Of a stretch of 35,921 bases of DNA, positions 7,336 through 14,502 are shown piece by piece; the stretch's first letter is position 1, and each line of letters opens with the position of its first letter. The notes beneath the pieces were generated by a model, which searched no databases, was not told where the DNA came from, and worked only from the letters and a program-made list of their open reading frames with translations. Position numbers and translations under genes: made by a program. The DNA comes from a virus (lineage: Duplodnaviria; Caudoviricetes): positions 1-35,921 of IMG/VR virus record IMGVR_UViG_3300014656_000075, one strand, 5' to 3'.

Positions 7336-8971
7336 AAAACTAGGCATTCAGCACGTCTTTGGAGTTACTGGTGGGGCAATCAGTACCCAAATAGATGCTT
7401 TCTCCCGTTCTGACATTCAATTTATTACTACTCAACACGAACAGGCGGCGGCGATGGCAGCAGATGGATACTCACGAATGAATGGATATGGGGTGTGTAT
7501 GGTAACTTCCGGCCCCGGTGGAACGAATACAATTACTGGAATAGCTAGTAGTTATTTTGACTCGGTACCAATTCTAGTTATTACTGGACAGGTTTCTACT
7601 TTTGATTTAAGAACAAACAAGGTTCGACAACGTGGATTCCAAGAAGTTGATATGGTGTCGGTAATGAAGCCTTTCGTTAAGTATTCAAAATTAGTCACTA
7701 AGGCAGAGGATATACCAGATGAATTAGAAAAAGCGGTTAGGATCTCACTAGAGGGGAGAAAAGGGCCAGTTCACCTAGATATTCCAATGGACGTACAACA
7801 GGCCGACATTGATGGGCGATCTTTAGACTTCTTTCCCAAAAAAAAAAGAAAAAAAGTAAATGTTAAAAAAGTGATTAAAATGATTAGCAGAGCCAAGCGA
7901 CCAGTGCTAATTGTGGGAAATGGATGTCGTAACTGTTTGATAGACCTAAGTGTTTTATGTGAGACGATAAGGTGGCCAGTTCTTCCATCTTGGGGAATGC
8001 TTGACTTCCAAAGTGTATACAAGGTCGAACAATTTGGGGTATACGGAAACAGAGGGGCTAACTTTACTGCCCAAAATGCTGATCTAATTCTTTCAATTGG
8101 TTGCAGGCTAGACACTCGAATGACCGGTAGTAACCCAAAACAGTTTGCTAGAGAAGCTAAAAAGATTATTGTTGATATAGATAAAAACGAACTGACCAAG
8201 GGTGTTGTTAAAGCAGACATAGCTATTTGTTCTGACGCTGAGAGTTTTATAAGTTCTCTACTGGAAAAAGTTAGATACCAGCCTAGGTTGAAATGGTTTA
8301 AACAGTGCAAAAGATGGGCGGATAAATATAAGACCAAAACTTCCAAGAGCAAAATACTTAACCCTTACTCATTCCTAAAAGTATTATCAGATGAATGTGA
8401 AGACAATGTAGTGATTGCAGATACCGGTTCTAATATGGCTCAAACATACCAGACCTTTAAACCTAAGGGGAGATTATTTACAGCCATGGGTAACTCCCCA
8501 ATGGGTTATTCAATTTGTGCGGCTATGGGAGTTGGGGTACTTGGCCACGATGTTGTCTCGATCATCGGAGATGGTGGAGTTCAAATGAATATCCAAGAGT
8601 TCCAAACCATTAAGAATTATAATATCCCAATGAAAGTGTTTATTTTTAGTAATGAGGGATATGGATTAATCCGCCAATTTCAAGACTTATACATGAAAGG
8701 GAGGCACATTGGAACTCATGAGGGAGTACCAGATTTTGAAAAGATTGCTAAGGCCTACGGTTTAAAGTCAATGACTATTAAAGATCCTAAGAAGATGGTT
8801 GGACAAATAAAAAAAGCCCTTAAAATGAAACAGGTAATTGTCAACGTAATAGTAGACCCAATTTCATCCGTCTCACCTAGAGCAATCTTTGATAAACCAA
8901 TTGAAGAACAACATCCTTATTTACCAGAAAAAGAATTGCTTAAAAATTTAATAATAAAAAGATGGCAGTAA
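7292..8971 (+). CDS. ThDP-dependent acetolactate-synthase-like enzyme, probably a YerE-type branched-sugar carboligase
   Basis: HEQAAAMAADGY, TSGPGGTN, GPVHLDIPMDVQ and GDGG...N ThDP motif; located in a nucleotide-sugar operon. Confidence 0.85.
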   Translation: MHTIKTTDYILREIKKLGIQHVFGVTGGAISTQIDAFSRSDIQFITTQHEQAAAMAADGYSRMNGYGVCMVTSGPGGTNTITGIASSYFDSVPILVITGQVSTFDLRTNKVRQRGFQEVDMVSVMKPFVKYSKLVTKAEDIPDELEKAVRISLEGRKGPVHLDIPMDVQQADIDGRSLDFFPKKKRKKVNVKKVIKMISRAKRPVLIVGNGCRNCLIDLSVLCETIRWPVLPSWGMLDFQSVYKVEQFGVYGNRGANFTAQNADLILSIGCRLDTRMTGSNPKQFAREAKKIIVDIDKNELTKGVVKADIAICSDAESFISSLLEKVRYQPRLKWFKQCKRWADKYKTKTSKSKILNPYSFLKVLSDECEDNVVIADTGSNMAQTYQTFKPKGRLFTAMGNSPMGYSICAAMGVGVLGHDVVSIIGDGGVQMNIQEFQTIKNYNIPMKVFIFSNEGYGLIRQFQDLYMKGRHIGTHEGVPDFEKIAKAYGLKSMTIKDPKKMVGQIKKALKMKQVIVNVIVDPISSVSPRAIFDKPIEEQHPYLPEKELLKNLIIKRWQ

Positions 8972-9261
8972 AGGCAAAGTGTTTTATCTGCGGAAAGGTT
9001 GGTTCTGAGGCGACCTACTTCTGGTGGCAAAAGAGAGGATGGAGTCACATGAGTTGTGCTATAGATTGTGATTTTTCTATTAATCACGACACAGGAAATA
9101 AACTAAACAAGGCTCTGGTTGATAAGTTAGTCACCGATAAGGATATAGATACCCTAAAAAAGAAGCCAGGATATCTTAATTACTTAGTGTTTAAAGTTTA
9201 TACCGTATCTCCCATGGATAGAAAATCAATTGCAGATTATATATTAAGTAAAACTAAATGA
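8962..9261 (+). CDS. Hypothetical protein with N-terminal CxxC...HxxC
   Basis: ORF track; overlaps both neighbours in the operon. Confidence 0.65.
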   Translation: MAVKAKCFICGKVGSEATYFWWQKRGWSHMSCAIDCDFSINHDTGNKLNKALVDKLVTDKDIDTLKKKPGYLNYLVFKVYTVSPMDRKSIADYILSKTK

Positions 9262-9935
9262 TATTAATAACAGGTGCTTCAGGAGTTATCGGTCAGTATT
9301 TGTTAAAAAATCTCAACGATGTGACAGGTCTTTATCACGATGATTGTGATCTAGCTGTTTGGAAAGATGTTGAGAAACTTGATTTGGATATAGAAGCGAT
9401 CATCCATTGTGCCAATAGTGGTACGTACGGAAGGGATTACCCAGGTTCTGTCGAAAAGAATATCGCCATGTTTGTAAACCTAAGACGAAAGTTTCCTAAT
9501 GCTAGGATAATTGCCTTTGGTTCTGGGGCTATGTATGACAAAAGCAAACCAATTGTTAGGGCATGGGAGAATGATGATGTTGTTTACCCAAAAGATCTAT
9601 ATGGGCTTTCTAAGAGGTTGACTGTTGATTTAGCTGACGTTACTTTGATTCCGTTTGGATTATATACCGACATACGGTTTATTAGTTTAGCAAAACAATG
9701 TATCAAAAGAGGAGAGCCAGTGCCAATAATTCAAGATGTTAAGTTTTCTTGGACAACTATGGAGTATTTATTAGACAATGTAAAATGGGCATTAAGGCGG
9801 GGTGAGGGTAGATATAACCTATGTGAGTTTGACATGACATTAACCGAGGTTGCCAAGAAACTAGGAGCTAAAGAGATTACTTATTTGAGGGAGGGAATGG
9901 CAAATGAGTACACCGGTTCGTCTAGGCTACGCTAA
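9258..9935 (+). CDS. NAD(P)-dependent nucleotide-sugar epimerase/reductase (extended SDR)
   Basis: ITGASGVIG Rossmann motif, FGSGAMYD, catalytic YGLSK. Confidence 0.85.
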   Translation: MILITGASGVIGQYLLKNLNDVTGLYHDDCDLAVWKDVEKLDLDIEAIIHCANSGTYGRDYPGSVEKNIAMFVNLRRKFPNARIIAFGSGAMYDKSKPIVRAWENDDVVYPKDLYGLSKRLTVDLADVTLIPFGLYTDIRFISLAKQCIKRGEPVPIIQDVKFSWTTMEYLLDNVKWALRRGEGRYNLCEFDMTLTEVAKKLGAKEITYLREGMANEYTGSSRLR

Positions 9936-11037
9936 AGGTATATATGCCCAAGAAGAGAAAGACGCTGTTATGAGAGCATTAGACTCAGGTTGGTTATCAA
10001 ATGGGTTAGAAACATTAGCATTTGAAAAAGAGTTTGCTGATTGGTGGGGGGTCAAGTATGCTCTAACCGTCAATAGCGGTTCTAGTGCTAATTTCGTTGC
10101 ATTACAATCATTGGGGTTATCCAAACATTCGGAGGTAATTACTCCAGCCGGGGGAGCTTTCCCCACTACGATAGCCCCGATGATCTATCTTGGATTGAAG
10201 CCAGTGTTTATTGACGTGAAAGGACTGACCATTGACCCTGACGAAATAGAGAGGGCTATAACCGAGAAAACAAAAGCAATCGTTTTTTCACACACCATAG
10301 GTTTCTCCCCAGATATGGATAAGGTTATGTTGATTGCTAAGAAATATGGACTTAAAGTAATGGAAGACTGTTGCGACGCTACAGGGTCAAAACAACATGG
10401 AAAACCAGTCGGAACCTTCGGAGACGTTGCGACGGTCTCTTTTTACCCTGCTCATCACATGACTACAGGTGAAGGTGGAATGGTATTGACTAACAGTTTT
10501 TCTGTTTATCGTGAGGCGTTGAGTATTAGGGATTGGGGTAGAGACTGTATGTGTCGAATGGACAAACCACAACCGGTCTGTAAGGATAGGTGGAGTAGGC
10601 CAGGTTTTGATCACCGCTATTACTATACTCGAATTGGATTAAACTTTAAGATGAATGAAATGACTGCGGCTTTCGGCAGAGAACAGTTAAAGAGGCTAGA
10701 CGGATTTATAGAATTAAGAAAAAGGAATTACAAGATTTTAGCAGACCAATTAGGTGAGTGCTATAATGATGATATGTCACCATTTTGTTATCCACTATTT
10801 TCCAAGAACAGAAGTAAGGATATGGCAAAACTAGAGGATGCTGGAATTGAAACCAGAGTCTTATTTAGTGGTAACATTTTGAAACACCCTGCTTATGCAA
10901 ACATAGACCATAGAGTAGTAGGAGATTTGAAAGAGAGTGAGAGAATATTTAGAGAGGCTTACTTTGTCGGAGTTGGCCCACATCTTTCAGAGGAAAATAT
11001 GTTGTATATAGCAGACCAGATATTGAAATTAAGGTAA
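9904..11037 (+). CDS. rfbH: PMP/[2Fe-2S]-dependent NDP-4-keto-6-deoxysugar 3-dehydrase (DdhC/RfbH, E1-type)
   Basis: NSGSSAN, EDCCDA, SFYPAHHMTTGEGG (His in place of the Schiff-base Lys), RDWGRDCxC-x8-C...DHRY. Confidence 0.85.
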   Translation: MSTPVRLGYAKGIYAQEEKDAVMRALDSGWLSNGLETLAFEKEFADWWGVKYALTVNSGSSANFVALQSLGLSKHSEVITPAGGAFPTTIAPMIYLGLKPVFIDVKGLTIDPDEIERAITEKTKAIVFSHTIGFSPDMDKVMLIAKKYGLKVMEDCCDATGSKQHGKPVGTFGDVATVSFYPAHHMTTGEGGMVLTNSFSVYREALSIRDWGRDCMCRMDKPQPVCKDRWSRPGFDHRYYYTRIGLNFKMNEMTAAFGREQLKRLDGFIELRKRNYKILADQLGECYNDDMSPFCYPLFSKNRSKDMAKLEDAGIETRVLFSGNILKHPAYANIDHRVVGDLKESERIFREAYFVGVGPHLSEENMLYIADQILKLR

Positions 11038-11057
11038 ATTTACCGCAATATGCGGAG

Positions 11058-11108
11058 ATTAACTATATCATTAACTATATCACTCCCCCGCTAGTAACCA
11101 CTCCCCCG
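11058..11108. repeat. Tandem ATTAACTATATC x2 (11058-11081) and CACTCCCCCG x2 (11081-11090, 11099-11108)
   Basis: Read directly between convergent genes; small hairpin CCGCA/TGCGG at 11043-11055. Confidence 0.85.
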
Positions 11109-11129
11109 ATGTTCTAGGCACAAATTATT

Positions 11130-11525
11130 TTATAGAGAGACCTCTACGATAGGGGAGTAGCATGGTTTTTTGATCCATAATTTCCGCAACTTCTCCTCTA
11201 CTTGATGATGACATTTTGGACAAAGCAATAATAAATTATGTGATAAATTTAATCCTCCATTCTGTCTTGGTTTTAAGTGATGGACTTGTAAATTATCTTT
11301 AGATTCGCAAATATAGCATTCTCCAGTATTAAGATGAGGAAATCTTTTTTTTAACTCCCCACCCCAAGTTCTAACTCCCAACGATCTTTTCATTCTGTTA
11401 TAGTGATTTAGTTTTTTTCGGTTACGTTTACGGTATAGGGATTTAAGATACAGTTTACAGCAATAATCAGAACAATACTTGGTTGATTTACCTGACAATT
11501 CTTTTTTACAACGTAAACAATTCAT
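11130..11525 (-). CDS. HNH endonuclease with N-terminal Zn finger (likely start MNCLRC at 11525)
   Basis: CYIC...LQVHHLKP...GG.N...NLLLLCPKCH; CxxC...YCSxxC N-terminus. Confidence 0.85.
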   Translation of the reverse strand: MNCLRCKKELSGKSTKYCSDYCCKLYLKSLYRKRNRKKLNHYNRMKRSLGVRTWGGELKKRFPHLNTGECYICESKDNLQVHHLKPRQNGGLNLSHNLLLLCPKCHHQVEEKLRKLWIKKPCYSPIVEVSL

Positions 11526-11530
11526 GTATT

Positions 11531-11586
11531 TATTATACCATCCCCTGTTATACGAAGCGAGGGGACTTTTCGTCAATGGTATAATA
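11531..11586. promoter_or_regulatory. Back-to-back extended -10 promoters (TGGTATAAT on each strand)
   Basis: TATTATACCA (11531-11540) and TGGTATAATA (11577-11586) form a perfect inverted pair; inner TCCCCT/AGGGGA inverted repeat. Confidence 0.7.
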
Positions 11587-11590
11587 TGGT

Positions 11591-11758
11591 GTGAAGATAG
11601 AATTTACTGCGGATAGTGTAAAATTTTCTGGGCCAATGGTTGACGGTGGTGGAAAAATAACATTTGATGTAGGAGAATTTATGATAAGTAAGGCAATAGA
11701 GATATTGAAGATACCTCAACAAACAGAGTTAAAAATTACTGTGGAAACAGGGGAATAA
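11591..11758 (+). CDS. Small protein upstream of terminase, 55 aa (MKIEFTADSVKFSGPMVDGGGKITFDVGE...)
   Basis: GTG start 5 nt after TATAAT; fills the gap before terS; absent from the track. Confidence 0.65.
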   Translation: MKIEFTADSVKFSGPMVDGGGKITFDVGEFMISKAIEILKIPQQTELKITVETGE

Positions 11759-11773
11759 CTGTAAAATAACTGT

Positions 11774-12088
11774 ATGGCAAAACCACAATCATTCAAACCA
11801 GGAGATCCAAGAATAAACCGTAAAGGTGCACCTAAAAAAGAGTGGACAATGACTGCTTTATATAAAGAAGCTGGAGATGAGGCCGATGAGACTGGTGTGC
11901 CAATGAAACTAATTGTTGCTAAAAAATTGTGGAAGTTGGCTAGTAAGGGTGATGTCACTGCTATCAAAGAGCTAGGTAATAGAATTGATGGGATGCCCAA
12001 ACAAGGTATTGATTTAGGAGGAGAGGCAATAAAGATAGACATAGACTCAATTCTAACTAAGGCTTATGGAAAACAAAAATCTTCTTAA
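11774..12088 (+). CDS. terS: Terminase small subunit
   Basis: FKPGDPRINRKGAPK N-terminus, A..GDV.AIKE...RIDG.PKQ; directly upstream of terL. Confidence 0.75.
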   Translation: MAKPQSFKPGDPRINRKGAPKKEWTMTALYKEAGDEADETGVPMKLIVAKKLWKLASKGDVTAIKELGNRIDGMPKQGIDLGGEAIKIDIDSILTKAYGKQKSS

Positions 12089-13529
12089 ATGTTTAGAGAC
12101 GGCTAAGGCATTTGGCTCACCAGTAGATCAAGTCAAGAACTTCGTTGAACATGGTCACATCCCCTTTCCCTGGCAGTGGGAGTTTCATTCAATAGCTCGT
12201 CAAGCTGATAAGAGCGATGGCCCAGTTGATATAGGAGTGGGAGGAGCTAGAGGCCCCGGTAAATCACACGCTGTTCTAGCACAAGCCGGACTAGACGACT
12301 GTCAGAGAGTGCGTGGGCTAAAGGGTTTATTTTTACGTCAGACAGGTATAGCAGCACAAGAATCATTTGATGACTTAGTTGAGAAAGTATTGAGGGGGAG
12401 GATAGAGTATAAGAAAACCGGCTCGTTATTGAGATTTGATAACGACTCCAAGATTCTACTTGGTGGATTTAGAGTTGAGAATGATATTGACAAATATGTA
12501 GGTATTGAATACGACTTTATAATCGTTGAGGAACTTAACCAGCTAACAGAAGAGAAGTACACCAAATTAAGGGGTTCGCTTCGTACTAGTAAACCAAACT
12601 GGAGACCAAGGATGTATACCTCGTTTAACCCTGGTGGCATAGGTCATTCGCATGTTAAGTCTCGCTATATCATGCCAAATAGAAACCATGAAGAAGTTGA
12701 GACTCGTTTCGTCGGTGCCACCTATAAAGACAATCCCTGCTTGAACAAAGAATACATAGACTACCTAGAAGGATTGAGTGGAGACTTAGGTAAGGCTTGG
12801 CGAGAAGGTGAATGGGACTTATTCGCTGGTCAGGTGTTTACTGATTGGAGACAGGATAGACATGTAATTAATGAATTTGCCATCCCACCCGAATGGAATC
12901 GTTGGATATCTATGGACTGGGGAGTAAACGCACCATTTTGTGTTCTGTGGTTTGTTGAGGGTTATGACAAGAGAATGTTTGCTGTTAGAGAACTTTACAT
13001 GAATGGAGTTGATTTTGAAAAGGTTATGGGAGTAGGTCTAACCCCTAAGAAACTAGCTCAAACTATACAAGTTATTAATAAGAAGATGGGATGGGAAGAT
13101 TACCAGTATCTAGTCGCAGACCCTGCTTGTTGGAATCATCCCGAGGGTGGAGAGTCTATTGCTGAAACCATGATGGGAACAGGACTGAAAATGATTGCGG
13201 CAGATAACGAGAGAATATTGGGATTGGCTAGAGTTAGAGAGGCATTATCTCAGGCTCCAGACGGTAAACCTTATCTACAGTTTTTTAGGTCGTGCCGAAA
13301 AGCAATTGAAACTATACCGGCGTTAAGTTACGATGAGAGGAAAAGGACAATGGAAGATGTAAACTCAGACTTAGAGGATCACGCATACGACTCGTTGCGT
13401 TACTTCCTTATGTCTCGCCCAAGCAGGACTACTACTTTACCGAACCCTGTTACAAATTTACTATCTTATGACTACAAAAAGAAAACCAGTGGTTTCCAAG
13501 AAGAAGGTGAAACCGTGCTTGAAATGTGA
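12066..13529 (+). CDS. terL: Terminase large subunit
   Basis: Walker A GGARGPGKS, Walker B IIVEE, SFNPGG coupling motif, nuclease SMDWG and EDHAYDSLRY. Confidence 0.95.
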   Translation: MENKNLLKCLETAKAFGSPVDQVKNFVEHGHIPFPWQWEFHSIARQADKSDGPVDIGVGGARGPGKSHAVLAQAGLDDCQRVRGLKGLFLRQTGIAAQESFDDLVEKVLRGRIEYKKTGSLLRFDNDSKILLGGFRVENDIDKYVGIEYDFIIVEELNQLTEEKYTKLRGSLRTSKPNWRPRMYTSFNPGGIGHSHVKSRYIMPNRNHEEVETRFVGATYKDNPCLNKEYIDYLEGLSGDLGKAWREGEWDLFAGQVFTDWRQDRHVINEFAIPPEWNRWISMDWGVNAPFCVLWFVEGYDKRMFAVRELYMNGVDFEKVMGVGLTPKKLAQTIQVINKKMGWEDYQYLVADPACWNHPEGGESIAETMMGTGLKMIAADNERILGLARVREALSQAPDGKPYLQFFRSCRKAIETIPALSYDERKRTMEDVNSDLEDHAYDSLRYFLMSRPSRTTTLPNPVTNLLSYDYKKKTSGFQEEGETVLEM

Positions 13530-13902
13530 GGATTTAGAGACAGCCCTAGATACCTTACACGATTTTTTCGATAGGGCTTCAGTTAATTTTATGCTAATGG
13601 GTGAAACAGCCCACGCAGTATTCTATGAGGAGGGACTAAGTGGTGAGTGCCTAGAGATAGGAATCAAGCCAACTGCCCTATCAGAATACGCCTTTAGCAC
13701 TCTAAAAGGCCTAATTTCTGGCTTTGGGACTGCATCAGAGCCCGTAGGCTTTGCGATTGGGACTATCCCAGTACGAATGTACATCTTACGCAAGGATTCA
13801 GATGTGTTTAAGTACCCAGACCAAAGATTCTATGGTCGAGAGGTCTATATGCTACCCAATCCATTTGTTAAATATTATAAAAATAGGGAGTATTTCGAGT
13901 GA
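13468..13902 (+). CDS. LicD-like nucleotidyltransferase-fold protein, degenerate active site
   Basis: L..LHDFFDRASVNFMLMGETA..V...LEIGI and C-terminal FYG....LPNP...Y resemble LicD; canonical GGT and DxD are altered. Confidence 0.45.
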   Translation: MTTKRKPVVSKKKVKPCLKCEDLETALDTLHDFFDRASVNFMLMGETAHAVFYEEGLSGECLEIGIKPTALSEYAFSTLKGLISGFGTASEPVGFAIGTIPVRMYILRKDSDVFKYPDQRFYGREVYMLPNPFVKYYKNREYFE

Positions 13903-14036
13903 AAACAGTAAGGGCTTCAAATAAACTAAAAAAGTGGTATATGGAGTGGTACGGATTGAATGCGGAAAGTATTACATTCTCTGATGGCAATGTTTATAAC
14001 ATCTATAATGAGTTAATGGTTAAACAAAAAATATGA
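13899..14036 (+). CDS. Hypothetical protein, 45 aa
   Basis: GTGA and ATGA coupling at both ends. Confidence 0.55.
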   Translation: MKTVRASNKLKKWYMEWYGLNAESITFSDGNVYNIYNELMVKQKI

Positions 14037-14191
14037 CAAATAAAAAGAAAATAATGCTGTCTCTGACAGACAAAAAAATAAAGCTACTAAAAACATGGGC
14101 TGCGATTACTGGTAAAAGAGTCAGTCAGTTAGTTGAGGAATGGGAAGTTCCTAAATTAGTAGAGGATCTTATCAATTTACAAGAAAAATGA
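14033..14191 (+). CDS. Second ribbon-helix-helix-like protein, 52 aa
   Basis: KKIMLSLTDKKIKLLKTWAAITGKRVSQLVEEW pattern; ATGA coupling at both ends. Confidence 0.6.
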   Translation: MTNKKKIMLSLTDKKIKLLKTWAAITGKRVSQLVEEWEVPKLVEDLINLQEK

Positions 14192-14502
14192 CAGAATTAA
14201 TACTAACAGGTCTATTTTTAACCTTTATCAGTGTCCGAGAGTGGATGCACGCAAAGGAGGTTAAGTTGTTATCAGAAGCCATAATTGCTAAAAATATCTA
14301 TGAGTACAAGGAGATGCAGGTCAAACCAAAAGCTAGTCCTGAGGAAGAAGTTTCTAAGGATATGCCAATCGAAGATATTACAGATGAGGCTTTTCTTAGT
14401 TCGATTAGGAAACAGCTTGACCGAGAGACTCCGACAGATAAGTTTAAAAATAAAATTAAAAAAGCATGGCCGATAAAATCAAATACGACACTTCAAAAGT
14501 AG
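14188..14502 (+). CDS. Hypothetical protein with hydrophobic N-terminus
   Basis: ORF track; LILTGLFLTFISV segment. Confidence 0.7.
   Translation: MTELILTGLFLTFISVREWMHAKEVKLLSEAIIAKNIYEYKEMQVKPKASPEEEVSKDMPIEDITDEAFLSSIRKQLDRETPTDKFKNKIKKAWPIKSNTTLQK

Noticed and set aside
7292-8971. Acetolactate synthase as a branched-chain amino-acid auxiliary gene
   Set aside because: No regulatory subunit or other ilv genes; the context is entirely nucleotide-sugar enzymes.
9904-11037. DegT/DnrJ sugar aminotransferase or ColD
   Set aside because: The catalytic Lys position is His (PAHH), and the Cys cluster typical of E1 is present, which ColD lacks.
11058-11108. CRISPR mini-array
   Set aside because: Repeats are only 10-12 bp with two copies each, without spacer-sized intervals or cas genes; the Cas4-like nuclease at 2481 is in a recombination context.
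12520-12540. Terminase Walker B reading EE instead of DE
   Set aside because: A known variant in several terminase families; not evidence of inactivity or novelty.
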